Positions 18,289 to 28,968 of a stretch of 61,674 bases of DNA are shown one piece after another. Where the stretch lies: assembly GCA_947442475.1 (NCBI GenBank), contig CANEVP010000006.1, positions 1-61,674 on the forward strand. The letters are read 5' to 3'. The notes under the pieces are model-generated. The model made no database searches. It worked only from the letters and a program-made list of their open reading frames with translations, and was not told the DNA's origin. Both the position numbers and the translations under genes were made by a program. How positions within the stretch are numbered: the first letter of the stretch is position 1; each line of letters opens with the position of its first letter. Source of the stretch: Rickettsiales bacterium. GTDB lineage: Bacteria; Pseudomonadota; Alphaproteobacteria; Rickettsiales; UBA1997.

Positions 18289-21200
18289 ATGTCAAAAAAT
18301 AAGGGGCAGAAAAGCGCTGCTGAGAAACACGCTACCATCAAAAAAGATAATAGCGTTGCTATCAAAGAAGCTGTGGAAGCAATACTCAATGCTAGGAAGA
18401 GTAATATAGCCGCCCTAGGGATGCAGCGAGTTGGACGAGGCTTTATGGGTAGAAACAAAGCAGAAGCAATTAAAGTGCTAATTGCGATAGAAGATCTTTT
18501 GTATGAGGGCGGGGAGAATCGTCTTAATAAAAGCCGGCGCTACGGGACCAAAGAGCTTAAATACAAGGGAGAAAGCGAAGAAGGCGAAAGTGACAGTGAG
18601 AATGCAAAAAATGCAAAGCTGATCCAAGGTAGCGACCCGAATGGTGTAGATGTGGCTATCGCTGTTATGGAATTTCTGAAAACTGAGAAACTACAACTAG
18701 AGGAGCCAAAAGAGGGGAAACAAGCATTAGCATTGGAGCCCGCCGGAGTAAATACACCGGCTCTAGGTAGACAGATGATATTGAGGGTAAAGGATATTAA
18801 GCAGGAAAATGTAACAAGAGCCCTAAAAGAGATTGCTTCGAATCTTGATCGTTTCGTGAAGGAAAAGGAGTTGAGGCAAGAGAAAGAGAGGTTGAGTCAA
18901 GAAGCTGCGGAACTTAAGATTATTAATGCAAGGAAATTCGAAGAAGAGCTTGAGAAGCTTCGTGCTTATCATTATAATAAGGAGAATGGGGAGAACGTTT
19001 TGAATGGGGAGGAAGATAGTATTGAAGATAGTATTAATGGAGATGACCTTGAAAGTGTAAATAGTTATCAGGGAGCAATTCGCAATGAATCGAAGGTTTC
19101 TTCAGTCAATGGATCGGGAGGCTCTAGTTCAAAAAGTTCAACACAAAGCAGTCAAAAAAGTAGTCAACCTGTTAAATCGCAGTCTTCTTCATCTAATGGT
19201 TCAAAAAGTTCAGCACGACGCCCCTCTAGCATTAGTAGTGATTCTGATTATCAGGATAGCGAGAATAATGAGGTCGATAATGAATTTGCTACTCTTAATG
19301 CTTTAGCTGAGGAGCTGCGGTCGAAAATAGAAGAGTTAACAAATCGTTATGATGCTGCATTACGTTTGCAAGAGAGCGAAAAGAAACGAGTTGATTCACT
19401 GAAAGAAGAATTCCATAAACACCTTGTTGACCAAAATGCTCATTCGAACTTGATTAGAGGGGGAGGTTTTTTAGGTGGAGGAGTTGGAGTTGGAGTGGAT
19501 TACTCGGGTGATATCAGGGAGATAAGGGAAAGAATGGATAGGATGCTTGAGATTCAGGAAAGAGTAGAAGCAGATCTCCTTGATGCTAAAAATGAAGCTA
19601 AAGCAAGAGAGTTACAAGCCAAAAAAGATGCCGCAGAAAGAGATTTAAAAGCTAAAAATGAAGCTGAAGCAAGAGAGTTACAAGCCAAAAAAGATGCCGA
19701 AGAAAGAGATTTAAAAGCTAAAAATGAAGCTGAAGAAAGACTCAAAACGCTTTCCGGAGATCAAAAAAGAGAATTCGAAGCTCTTCGTAAGCAAGCTGCC
19801 GATCATCAAGCGGCAGAAAAAAAAGCTCGTGAAGAAAAAGAGGCTAGAGAGCTTGCAGAAAAGGCAAGAAGAGATGATCGATCATGGCCAATTAGAATTA
19901 GCCAACTTGAGCTAAGGTCTCTTGGTCATTATGACGGTGATTCGGGTCAAGATTGTAAGATCCCTGAAATTTCGGGTCGAATCAGAGAAAGCGATAAAAC
20001 GATGGAGCTTTACGAAAGTGGTCTTTCGGTGGCTATTTATGATTTTGGTAAAAGAGGTTTAACCTATCTTGGTCACGATGTAGATGCTGCTGGGAATACT
20101 GCGGCACTCCGAGAATCGAAGATGACAATTGCTAAAGTCATTGATCCAAAGGGTGACGGCGAGTCTGCAGATGTTTACTGCGTAATCTCCTCTTCGCCAG
20201 AGCGAGGCATGTCAACAACATATATTTCTGAATCTACTTTTCAGGATATTGCCCTTAAATCCCGCATAGAATATCAAAATGCTGCATTGGCCACAGCAAA
20301 ACTTGTGGAGCTTAAAAAGGCGCTTGAAGTTTTAGAGGCTGGAAGAAAAAGAGCTTATGAAGCGATGGATTTGAGCGGTGTTGTTAGTGATGATTTTAGT
20401 GAGGATGGTAATGATGATTTTAGTGAGGATGGTAATGATGATTTTAGTGAGGATGGCGGCGATATAAAATCAGGTAACTTTTCTCAAAAAAATGCTCTCG
20501 ATCTAGATTATAAAATAAAAGCCCTCAGAAAAATTATAGAAGATGCCGATCTATCACTAGATCCCAAGTCAGAAAAAGCCGAGGATGACAGAGTTAAAAG
20601 AGAAAAGGTGCTTGAGATTTTAAGTGAATACCACTCTGGAGTAAGAAAGGTTTTTGAAGCAGTTAGGACTTTTGAAAGCGACTCGAAGAAATTGGAAAAG
20701 CAAATTGAGGAGGCTAAGAATAATCTAAAAAATTCTTCAGATGATGGCCTTCCAGACTTATATGGAACATATCAAAAAAAGCTCTCGGCTCTTGGTTTGA
20801 AAGAAGATCAAATCGATGAGATTTTGGGTAGCGACGATTTGATTGCTAGGCTCACTTCTCTAGAATCAGGTGAACGTGAACCATTCGATAACTTTGGTCA
20901 AAATCTACAACACTCTCGAGAATTTGTGGAGGATCTTTATCCAACGAGATCACATGCTCTAAAGCGCGCAGCTCAATATTCTCTGAAAAAAGAATTTGGT
21001 GATTTGACGAAGTCAAAATATCAAGATAGTTCGGGAATTGAGCATCCTGTTTTAGAAGGTGTAGAGGGCGATGCTTTAAAAAGCGCCGTAGCTAAATCTT
21101 CTGATACGAAGAAATGTCTCGAAAGTTTAACTGTCGTTGAAAAAGATAACGCCCGCAGAGTTGCCTCAACTGAATTTTCTCGCAATGCCGCCAGAGAAAT

Positions 21201-22203
21201 TGAAGAAGCAAATAAAGAGAAACTTGACTTCAGCGAATTCGAGAAACAAGCAGCTACAGCACAACTCGCGCAGCATTGGAAAAGTAATAGATTTTTTACG
21301 AGTAGTAACGCTTTAGCCTCCAAAGAAACAGACGTAAAAGACTTTTTTGAAAAAGCGAAAATGTCCGATAGCCCTTATCCAGGGCTTCAAGTTTCTAGGC
21401 CAAATCGAAGAAATGACATTGCCACAGTGGTTTTTAATGGTCTAAACAGATTCGATCCTAAATCTGAAGCAGGTTATGAAGGTGACGATATGATGTATCT
21501 TCACGTTCGTGGCACCGTTGCCCCAAATGCTCTCTACGTAAGGGTATGCCTAGCTACTGGGGATGGTGGCAACAACATTAAGGCTTACAAAGATGGTAAA
21601 GAGACCGATAAGACGTTTAAGTACGGCGATATAATCATGGACGAATCAACCGTACACACCAAGGATAGCTCGGGAAACTACCATGCTAAAGGCGTCTCTA
21701 GTCTTTCAAAGGTTGATCAAGGCTTGTGCAATAATTTCAAAGTAAAAGCCATGTCGGTGATTGACGGCGAGCGCAAAACTGCGATCTTGTTTGAAGGAGT
21801 TCCGGTTACGCCTCAAAATGGTATCACTAAAGTTGCACAAGTAAAAGAAGTACCGGTTACAGTTTTGGCTAAAATGACGCCTTTGATTTCTTTGGTTACA
21901 AAAAAGAGGGCAGATAAAAAAGGTAAGGAAATTTCCGATGGCGGAATATATGTGCAAGACGCAAGTGATCCTAACAAGCCACCTGTTCTTACTGGTCCGC
22001 TTTGGAACGATAAGCTGTTATTAGCTGAGCTTGCAAAGCACGGTGTGACAGAAAATATCCCAACTTGTGATTCACTTAAAACAAAAATGAATCTACCACG
22101 CAGTATCTTCAAGACTAACAGCGCTAAACCAATCGGTCTAGATCCTGACCTAACAAACTTGCCACCTCCTCCAATTAAGGGAAGTAGAGGGCTGGGGGGA
22201 TGA
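18289..22203 (+). CDS. Large orphan protein (1304 aa) with coiled coils and tandem repeats, effector-like
   Basis: 3.9-kb ORF; IQ-like [14 protein letters not shown] near N-terminus, Ser-rich and Gly-rich tracts; 4-nt overlap with mnmG. Confidence 0.85.
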   Translation: MSKNKGQKSAAEKHATIKKDNSVAIKEAVEAILNARKSNIAALGMQRVGRGFMGRNKAEAIKVLIAIEDLLYEGGENRLNKSRRYGTKELKYKGESEEGESDSENAKNAKLIQGSDPNGVDVAIAVMEFLKTEKLQLEEPKEGKQALALEPAGVNTPALGRQMILRVKDIKQENVTRALKEIASNLDRFVKEKELRQEKERLSQEAAELKIINARKFEEELEKLRAYHYNKENGENVLNGEEDSIEDSINGDDLESVNSYQGAIRNESKVSSVNGSGGSSSKSSTQSSQKSSQPVKSQSSSSNGSKSSARRPSSISSDSDYQDSENNEVDNEFATLNALAEELRSKIEELTNRYDAALRLQESEKKRVDSLKEEFHKHLVDQNAHSNLIRGGGFLGGGVGVGVDYSGDIREIRERMDRMLEIQERVEADLLDAKNEAKARELQAKKDAAERDLKAKNEAEARELQAKKDAEERDLKAKNEAEERLKTLSGDQKREFEALRKQAADHQAAEKKAREEKEARELAEKARRDDRSWPIRISQLELRSLGHYDGDSGQDCKIPEISGRIRESDKTMELYESGLSVAIYDFGKRGLTYLGHDVDAAGNTAALRESKMTIAKVIDPKGDGESADVYCVISSSPERGMSTTYISESTFQDIALKSRIEYQNAALATAKLVELKKALEVLEAGRKRAYEAMDLSGVVSDDFSEDGNDDFSEDGNDDFSEDGGDIKSGNFSQKNALDLDYKIKALRKIIEDADLSLDPKSEKAEDDRVKREKVLEILSEYHSGVRKVFEAVRTFESDSKKLEKQIEEAKNNLKNSSDDGLPDLYGTYQKKLSALGLKEDQIDEILGSDDLIARLTSLESGEREPFDNFGQNLQHSREFVEDLYPTRSHALKRAAQYSLKKEFGDLTKSKYQDSSGIEHPVLEGVEGDALKSAVAKSSDTKKCLESLTVVEKDNARRVASTEFSRNAAREIEEANKEKLDFSEFEKQAATAQLAQHWKSNRFFTSSNALASKETDVKDFFEKAKMSDSPYPGLQVSRPNRRNDIATVVFNGLNRFDPKSEAGYEGDDMMYLHVRGTVAPNALYVRVCLATGDGGNNIKAYKDGKETDKTFKYGDIIMDESTVHTKDSSGNYHAKGVSSLSKVDQGLCNNFKVKAMSVIDGERKTAILFEGVPVTPQNGITKVAQVKEVPVTVLAKMTPLISLVTKKRADKKGKEISDGGIYVQDASDPNKPPVLTGPLWNDKLLLAELAKHGVTENIPTCDSLKTKMNLPRSIFKTNSAKPIGLDPDLTNLPPPPIKGSRGLGG
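19585..19740 (+). repeat. 66-bp in-frame tandem repeat (~2.4 copies)
   Basis: Units start at 19585, 19651, 19717 and encode AKNEA(K/E)[10 protein letters not shown](A/E)ERDLK. Confidence 0.92.
20388..20456 (+). repeat. 24-bp in-frame tandem repeat (~3 copies)
   Basis: tgatgattttagtgaggatggtaa repeated, encoding DDFSEDGN. Confidence 0.92.
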
Positions 22204-24059
22204 TGATAATCGTAATTGGCGCAGGCCATGCCGGAGTTGAAGCGGCATGCGCCTCGGCGCGAATGGGTGTAAAAACTTTATTGGTTACTAAAAAGCCGGA
22301 AAATTTGGGCGAGATGTCTTGCAATCCGGCAATTGGCGGTGTGGCTAAAGGCACCATCGTCAAAGAAATTGATGCGCTTGACGGCGTTATGGCCAGAGCA
22401 ATTGATGAAGCCGGAATTCACTTTCGTATTTTAAACGCCTCTAAAGGCCCAGCGGTGCACTCACCACGGGCTCAAGCAGATCGCGAGCTTTACAAAAAAG
22501 CGATTAACAAAATTTTAAAAAATTATCCCAATCTCGAAATCGCCTTTGGCTCAGTTGAAGATATCAAAATTGAAAATGGCAAAGTTTGCGGCGTGGTTTT
22601 AGGTGATGGAAAAACCATTGCAGCCACTTCAGTAATTCTAACCACTGGTACTTTTTTGCGTGGCGTAATTCACATTGGCGATCAACAAACCCCAGCAGGG
22701 CGCGTTGGCGAAGCGCCATCTGAGGGAATTTCGAAAACTCTCGAAGCTCACAAATTTGCTTTGGCGCGACTTAAAACCGGAACTCCGCCACGAATTGATC
22801 GCAACTCAATTGATTTTACCAATCTTGAAGAACAAGCAGGCGACACTCCGCCGCAACCCTTCTCTTATTTAAATGACAAAGTTGCCGCTCCGCAAACTCA
22901 CTGCTACATCACTTACACCAACGCCAAAACTCACGAAATCATCAAAAATAATTTACAAAAATCTGCAATGTATGGCGGCTACATTTCAGGCGTGGGCCCA
23001 CGTTACTGCCCATCAATTGAAGATAAAGTTCATCGCTTTTTTGACAAAGAGCGTCACCAAATTTTCTTAGAGCCCGAAGGTTTGAACAGTGACCTAATTT
23101 ATCCAAATGGCATTTCAACCTCACTACCGCCTGAGGTGCAAATTGAGTTTTTAAAAACAATTCCGGGTCTAGAAAATTGCCGCGTCACCCAAGCTGGTTA
23201 CGCCATTGAGTACGATTTTGTTGATCCACGCGAATTGCTGCCAACTCTTGAAACCAAAAAAATTCGCGGCCTTTTTTTCGCCGGACAAATCAACGGCACC
23301 ACAGGCTACGAAGAAGCGGGAGGGCAGGGTTTAGTTGCCGGAATTAACGCAGCATTAATTGCTCAGGGCTCTAAAGAAGAATTTATTTTAGATCGCGCCA
23401 GCAGCTATATCGGCGTGATGATTGATGATTTAACGACACTTGGAACTAACGAGCCTTACCGCATGCTCACTTCACGCGCGGAATATCGTTTAAGCTTGCG
23501 CGCTGATAACGCCGATATGCGTTTGACGCAAAGAGGTGTAGCAATTGGTGTAGTAAAATCTGAGCGTGAAGAATTTTTTAATCACAAAAAAGCCACAATT
23601 GAAGCAGCAACAAAATTGCTTGAAACTTTAAAAATTTCGCCCAATAAAATTGCCGAATTCGGCGCTAATATTAAGCAAGATGGTGTGGTAAGAAATGCCA
23701 TGGCGTTACTGTCTTTTCCAAAAATTGATTTTGATTTAATTGCCAAAATTTGGCCCAAGGAGATTGCAACAATTGACGAAAAAACCAAAAAACAAATCGC
23801 CATCAATGCGCTCTACAGCTCGTATTTAAAGCGTCAGGAGCGTGACTTGGAAATTTTTCGTCAAGATGAAAATATTAAAATTCCACTCGAACTTGATTAT
23901 GCAAAAATTGAAAGTCTATCGCTTGAGGTGAGAGAAAAATTAAATAAATTTCGTCCCGTAACAATCGCCGCAGCCTTTAAAATTCAAGGCGTTACACCTG
24001 CGTCAATTATGGCGGTGATGGTTTATGTAAAAAATAATTTTGGAAAAAAATCGGCTTAA
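22200..24059 (+). CDS. mnmG: tRNA uridine-5-carboxymethylaminomethyl modification enzyme MnmG/GidA
   Basis: [51 protein letters not shown]. Confidence 0.98.
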   Translation: MMIIVIGAGHAGVEAACASARMGVKTLLVTKKPENLGEMSCNPAIGGVAKGTIVKEIDALDGVMARAIDEAGIHFRILNASKGPAVHSPRAQADRELYKKAINKILKNYPNLEIAFGSVEDIKIENGKVCGVVLGDGKTIAATSVILTTGTFLRGVIHIGDQQTPAGRVGEAPSEGISKTLEAHKFALARLKTGTPPRIDRNSIDFTNLEEQAGDTPPQPFSYLNDKVAAPQTHCYITYTNAKTHEIIKNNLQKSAMYGGYISGVGPRYCPSIEDKVHRFFDKERHQIFLEPEGLNSDLIYPNGISTSLPPEVQIEFLKTIPGLENCRVTQAGYAIEYDFVDPRELLPTLETKKIRGLFFAGQINGTTGYEEAGGQGLVAGINAALIAQGSKEEFILDRASSYIGVMIDDLTTLGTNEPYRMLTSRAEYRLSLRADNADMRLTQRGVAIGVVKSEREEFFNHKKATIEAATKLLETLKISPNKIAEFGANIKQDGVVRNAMALLSFPKIDFDLIAKIWPKEIATIDEKTKKQIAINALYSSYLKRQERDLEIFRQDENIKIPLELDYAKIESLSLEVREKLNKFRPVTIAAAFKIQGVTPASIMAVMVYVKNNFGKKSA

Positions 24060-24195
24060 AAATTTTCTCAAAAACGCCACAAATTAGTCGCCAAATTTTC
24101 AAACACTTTCAGACCTTTTCTTTTAAAATTTAAAAAAATAGAACAACTAAAATCCGAGTCCTTCCAAATCGCTTTTCAAAAATACTAAAATTGTC

Positions 24196-25062
24196 ATGAT
24201 TAAAACTAACGGCTCCAAGAGCACTGTATTTTTTGTTGCAATACTTTCCCTGCAGATCTTTTTAGGTAAGGCTTTTGCATCTAATTATGCAACCAATGAT
24301 GATGTTGTAAAAGAGATAGAAAAAACTCTACTTTTCGACAAGGATTCTCGCGCAAAAATTGATGTTTATAAAAAGAAAAAAGTTGCGAAAAAAAGTGATT
24401 TTACGATGACGGCAGGTGATGCAAAAGATGACCAGCCAAATGAAGATATTGAAATTGTTGTTGTTGATCCGAAGGCTGAAAATTTTGACATGCGTGAGAA
24501 AGAAAAACTCGCTTATAACTCAGCACTGATTGGTCAATATGAAGTTGCAGTTGAGCTTTACAAACAAGTTATCGCTGCTGAACCAGATAACATTTACAGC
24601 AAATTTTCTCTCGCAGTTGTTTATCAAAAACTTGGACAAATTCGCCAAGCTAAAACTTTGTATCGCGATTTGCTAAAAAATAATCCCAACAACCAAGAAG
24701 AAATTATCGGAAATTTGCTTTCAATTTTGATCGAAGAATCTCCTAAAGATGCATCTTACTTGTTGTCGCGTCTAACAGCTCAAAATCCAGATTCAGCTTA
24801 CATCATTGCTCAAGCAGCCTTGGCTTACGACAAAACCAAAAACCATGAGCAAGCCGCTTCATTGCTTGAAAGAGCAATTGCAATCGATCCGAAAAATGTT
24901 GGTTACAAATATAATCTCGCGGTGATTTACGACAAAACTAATCAAGATGAAAAAGCGATAGATCTTTATTCTGGCGTGGAAGAGCTCTACTCTGACGACA
25001 ATCCAGTAGTTCCAATTGAGCAAGTTCAAAAACGCCTCCAATCTCTTAAAAATAAATTATGA
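24196..25062 (+). CDS. Exported tetratricopeptide-repeat protein
   Basis: Signal-like N-terminus; TPR units (AVELYKQVIAAEPDN, ERAIAIDPKN, YNLAVIYD); overlaps pilT. Confidence 0.85.
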   Translation: MIKTNGSKSTVFFVAILSLQIFLGKAFASNYATNDDVVKEIEKTLLFDKDSRAKIDVYKKKKVAKKSDFTMTAGDAKDDQPNEDIEIVVVDPKAENFDMREKEKLAYNSALIGQYEVAVELYKQVIAAEPDNIYSKFSLAVVYQKLGQIRQAKTLYRDLLKNNPNNQEEIIGNLLSILIEESPKDASYLLSRLTAQNPDSAYIIAQAALAYDKTKNHEQAASLLERAIAIDPKNVGYKYNLAVIYDKTNQDEKAIDLYSGVEELYSDDNPVVPIEQVQKRLQSLKNKL

Positions 25063-26087
25063 TCGATAAAATTCTGACCTACGCCAAGAGGCAAAATTGC
25101 TCTGACGTACACATCTCAACTGGGTCATCGCCAATGTTGCGTGTTGATGGTGATATTGTGGCAATTCCTGATGCCCCAATATTGACTGATTCAGTCGTGA
25201 TGGAAATATTGAACTCTGTGATGAATGATGTTCAAAAAAAAACCTACGCCGAAAAATGGGAGTTAGATTTCTCAATTAAAGTTGTGGGTGATCTACGTTT
25301 TCGCGTTAATGCTTTTCGCACTATTTACGGCCCTGCGGCGGTTTTTCGTGAAATTCCAACCGAGATCAAAAGCCTTTCAATGCTGCATGCGCCAGAAATT
25401 ATACGCAGTTTGGCTAGTGCTAAAAAAGGTTTGATTCTAGTTGTTGGACCAACCGGTAGCGGCAAATCAACTACGCTTTCGGCTTTGATTGATCAGATCA
25501 ACACCAACTACGCCCACCACATTATTACAATTGAAGATCCAGTAGAGTTTGTTCACAAAAATAAAAAATCTCTAATCAACCAACGTGAAGTTGGCAACAG
25601 CACTTTATCTTTTGCCAATGCTCTAAAAAGCGCCCTTCGTGAAGACCCGGATGTGGTTTTGGTTGGAGAATTGCGTGACGTTGAAACGATTCACTTGGCT
25701 TTAACTGCCGCTGAAACGGGTCACTTAGTTTTAGGAACTTTACACACTAGTTCTTCCGCCCAAACTATTAACAGAATTATTGACGTATTTCCTCCGCAAG
25801 ACAAGCCAGTTGTGCGTACCATGCTTTCTAGTTCAATCAAAGCAGTAGTCTCTCAACGCCTCTTAAAAAAAGAAGGTGGTGGTAGATGTGCTGCTTACGA
25901 AATTATGATTGCGAATTCTTCGATTCGTAACCTGATTCGCGAAGATAAGGTTCCACAAATGAACTCAATTATTGAATTGGGTAAAAAAGTTGGAATGTGC
26001 CTGATGAAAGACTCAATTAATGATTTGTTGCTGAGAGGCGTCATCAGTCAAGAAGTTGCTGACGAAGCTTTGCTTGCTAACGACTAA
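25059..26087 (+). CDS. pilT: Type IV pilus retraction ATPase
   Basis: GPTGSGKST, TIEDPVE, ALREDPD, AAETGH..TLHT, SIRNLIRE motif. Confidence 0.95.
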   Translation: MIDKILTYAKRQNCSDVHISTGSSPMLRVDGDIVAIPDAPILTDSVVMEILNSVMNDVQKKTYAEKWELDFSIKVVGDLRFRVNAFRTIYGPAAVFREIPTEIKSLSMLHAPEIIRSLASAKKGLILVVGPTGSGKSTTLSALIDQINTNYAHHIITIEDPVEFVHKNKKSLINQREVGNSTLSFANALKSALREDPDVVLVGELRDVETIHLALTAAETGHLVLGTLHTSSSAQTINRIIDVFPPQDKPVVRTMLSSSIKAVVSQRLLKKEGGGRCAAYEIMIANSSIRNLIREDKVPQMNSIIELGKKVGMCLMKDSINDLLLRGVISQEVADEALLAND

Positions 26088-26099
26088 ACTTTTAAATAA

Positions 26100-27497
26100 T
26101 TGCGCAAAATCATGAAATCAATCTTCAGAACCAAGAGCATTGAAAGCACTTTAGCGAGTGCCAAAAAAAATTCTTTGAAAAAAACTTTAACCGCTTTGGA
26201 TTTAGTTTTGCTGTCAATTGGCTGCATTATTGGTGGCGGGATTTTTGTCTTAACTGGTGTTGCTGCTGCTAAATATGCCGGTCCAGCCATTTCTATTTCT
26301 TACTTTTTTTCTGGGGTTGTTTGTATTTTTGCTGCCTTGGCCTACACCGAGCTTGCTGTGATGATTCCAGTTGCTGGTAGCGCTTATACTTACGCTTACG
26401 TTGTTCTTGGTGAGTTTATAGCATGGCTTGTTGCTTGGGCATTAATTTTGGAATATACTTTAATCTCTTCAACCGTTGCTGCGGGATGGTCTGGCTACTT
26501 TGTTGGAATCTTAAAAACTGCCGGCGTTGCTTTTCCTGAATATCTTGCCAAAGGTCCGTTTGAAGGCGGCTTGATTAATCTTCCGGCTGTCTTCATTTGT
26601 ATTTTTATTGGCTCACTATTGATACGTGGCACGAAAGAAAGTTTGATCATTAATCGCATATTAGTTGCGATCAAACTTGGGGTTATTTTTCTTTTCTTAG
26701 CCTTTGCTGCTCCTCACATTAAAATGGAAAATTATGCTGAATTCATGCCATTTGGCTGGAACGGCGTAATCGTTGGCGCTGCAGCGATTTTCTTCGCCTA
26801 TCTTGGTTTTGACGCTATTGCTACAACTGCTGAAGAATGTAAAAATCCTAATCGTGATTTGCCAATTGGCATTATTGGCGGGCTGCTAATCTGCGCTTTA
26901 CTTTACTTAGTCGTGTCTTTGGTTCTTACCGGCATCGTTCATTACAGTGAACTCAACAATGCCGAGCCGATGGCTTACGCTTTACGAGCTAATGGCAGCA
27001 ATATTGGTTCAGCATTGGTTGCTACCGGAACAGTTGCGGGATTAATGGCGGTACTTCTGGTCTTCATGTATGGCCAATCTCGTATCTTTTTCGTAATGGC
27101 TCGCGATGGCTTGATTCCGCCAGTCTTTAACAAATTGCATAAAAAATTCGGCACTCCTTATTTTGGCTGCCTCTTCGTTGCTTTTGCCACCGCAATAATT
27201 TCTGGATTCACCCCAATTCAAATCATGGGCGATCTTTCTAGTCTTGGAACTTTGTTTGCTTTCGTGATGGTTGCGGTTGCTGTGGTAGTTTTGCGCATCA
27301 AGAGACCTGATTTGGAGAGGCCATTTAGATGTCCGGCAGTATTTGTAGTTGGTCCTTTAGCGGTTTTGAGCTGTGGTTATTTGCTTTATCAACTATTCCT
27401 AAAAACCGGTATTTTCTCACTTCTTTGGTTCACGCTAGGTATCGTAGTTTACTTCGTTTACGCCTACAAAAAAAGCCCTTTGAACAAGGTTAAATAA
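26100..27497 (+). CDS. APC-family amino acid permease (CAT/YfnA-like), paralog 1
   Basis: IGCIIGGGIF, AGPA, YTELA..IPVAGSAY, GFDAI..AEECKNP, RPFRCP. Confidence 0.93.
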   Translation: MRKIMKSIFRTKSIESTLASAKKNSLKKTLTALDLVLLSIGCIIGGGIFVLTGVAAAKYAGPAISISYFFSGVVCIFAALAYTELAVMIPVAGSAYTYAYVVLGEFIAWLVAWALILEYTLISSTVAAGWSGYFVGILKTAGVAFPEYLAKGPFEGGLINLPAVFICIFIGSLLIRGTKESLIINRILVAIKLGVIFLFLAFAAPHIKMENYAEFMPFGWNGVIVGAAAIFFAYLGFDAIATTAEECKNPNRDLPIGIIGGLLICALLYLVVSLVLTGIVHYSELNNAEPMAYALRANGSNIGSALVATGTVAGLMAVLLVFMYGQSRIFFVMARDGLIPPVFNKLHKKFGTPYFGCLFVAFATAIISGFTPIQIMGDLSSLGTLFAFVMVAVAVVVLRIKRPDLERPFRCPAVFVVGPLAVLSCGYLLYQLFLKTGIFSLLWFTLGIVVYFVYAYKKSPLNKVK

Positions 27498-27506
27498 GAT
27501 TACAGC

Positions 27507-28898
27507 ATGCTTGACCTATTTCGTAAAAAAACCATTGAAGATCTCGTCGCCGCTTCTGAAAAAAATTCTTTCAAAAAAACTTTAGGTGCCTTCGACCTAA
27601 TATTGATAGGCATCGGTTGTACAATCGGCACCGGCGTTTTTGTTGTGACTGGCGTTGCCGCTGCAACTTACGCAGGTCCTGCGATTGCTCTTTCTTATCT
27701 TCTAGCCGCAATAGTCTGCGTTTTTGCCGGACTTGCTTACGCTGAACTTGCATCAATGGTGCCGGTTTCTGGTAGTGCCTACACTTACTCTTACGCAGTT
27801 TTGGGTGAATTTGTTGGCTGGCTGGTTGGTTGGGGAATGATTTTGGAATATGGAGTAGGGGCTGCAAGTGTAGCGCTGGGTTGGTCGGGATACATTGTTG
27901 GTATTCTTAAAAATGGCGGAATTAATTTACCTGCCGCATTTTCGCAATCGCCAGAAGATGGCGGAATTGTCAACCTTCCGGCAATTGGCATTACAGTTTT
28001 TATCGGTTTGCTTTTAATCCGCGGCACCAAAGAAAGCGTCACGCTTAACCGCATTTTAGTGGCCACCAAGCTTTCAGTAATTTTTCTATTTCTAATTATT
28101 GCCACACCAATGGTTAAGTTAGAAAATTGGTCAAATTTTGCACCATTTGGCATTAGCGGAATTTTCATCGGAGCCGCGACAGTTTTTTACGCCTACATTG
28201 GCTTTGATGCAGTGGCAACGGCGGCAGAAGAATGTAAAAATCCCAAAAGAGATTTGCCAATCGGCATTATTGCATCAGCAGTAATTTGTGCCATTCTCTA
28301 CATTTCAGTGGCTTTGGTTCTTACGGGAATCTCTCACTACACCACTTTGAACAATCCAGAACCTTTGGCTCGCGCACTGCGTGAAAATGGCAATAATATT
28401 GGTTCAGCTTTGGTGGCTACCGGCGCGCTTGCAGGTATCACATCAGTATTGCTAATTTTGATCTACAGCCAATCGCGAGTTTTCTTCGTAATGTCGAGAG
28501 ACGGGTTAATTCCAAAATCTTTTTCTAAAATTCACAAAAGATTTGGCACACCAAATGTTAGCCTGCTTTTTGTAACTGCGGCAGTTGCAATAGTTTCGGG
28601 CTTTTTTCCTTTAAAAACTTTAAGCCACATTACCAGTTTAGGCACTTTGTTTTCTTTCATGGTGGTGGCTTTTGGTGTTTTGGTTTTGCGCATTAAAGAT
28701 CCAAAGCGTCAAAGAACTTTTAAATGCCCAGCAGTTTACGTAACGGTGCCGTTGGCGATTGCCGGATGCGGTTATTTGGTGTACACTTTGCTGATTGAAA
28801 ATGGCTGGTATTTCGCAATTTGGACATCTCTGGGTCTGGCAGTTTATTTCGGCTACGGCTACAGCAGAAGTGCATTAAATAAATCTCGCAAAATCTGA
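27507..28898 (+). CDS. APC-family amino acid permease, paralog 2
   Basis: Same motifs as the upstream permease; tandem paralog. Confidence 0.93.
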   Translation: MLDLFRKKTIEDLVAASEKNSFKKTLGAFDLILIGIGCTIGTGVFVVTGVAAATYAGPAIALSYLLAAIVCVFAGLAYAELASMVPVSGSAYTYSYAVLGEFVGWLVGWGMILEYGVGAASVALGWSGYIVGILKNGGINLPAAFSQSPEDGGIVNLPAIGITVFIGLLLIRGTKESVTLNRILVATKLSVIFLFLIIATPMVKLENWSNFAPFGISGIFIGAATVFYAYIGFDAVATAAEECKNPKRDLPIGIIASAVICAILYISVALVLTGISHYTTLNNPEPLARALRENGNNIGSALVATGALAGITSVLLILIYSQSRVFFVMSRDGLIPKSFSKIHKRFGTPNVSLLFVTAAVAIVSGFFPLKTLSHITSLGTLFSFMVVAFGVLVLRIKDPKRQRTFKCPAVYVTVPLAIAGCGYLVYTLLIENGWYFAIWTSLGLAVYFGYGYSRSALNKSRKI

Positions 28899-28925
28899 AT
28901 TTTCCGCACCGGTGCGGAAAATTCA
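28896..28925. repeat. Perfect palindrome (30 bp; 24-bp core 28899-28922), family copy 2
   Basis: tga att ttccgca ccgg tgcggaa aat tca followed by an A-run. Confidence 0.9.
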
Positions 28926-28968
28926 AAAAAACCACCCCCAACTCAACAAACACAATGCTTGAGGTCAG

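Noticed and set aside
19585-20456. CRISPR-like arrays
   Set aside because: Repeats are head-to-tail, in frame within a CDS, with no spacers and no cas genes.
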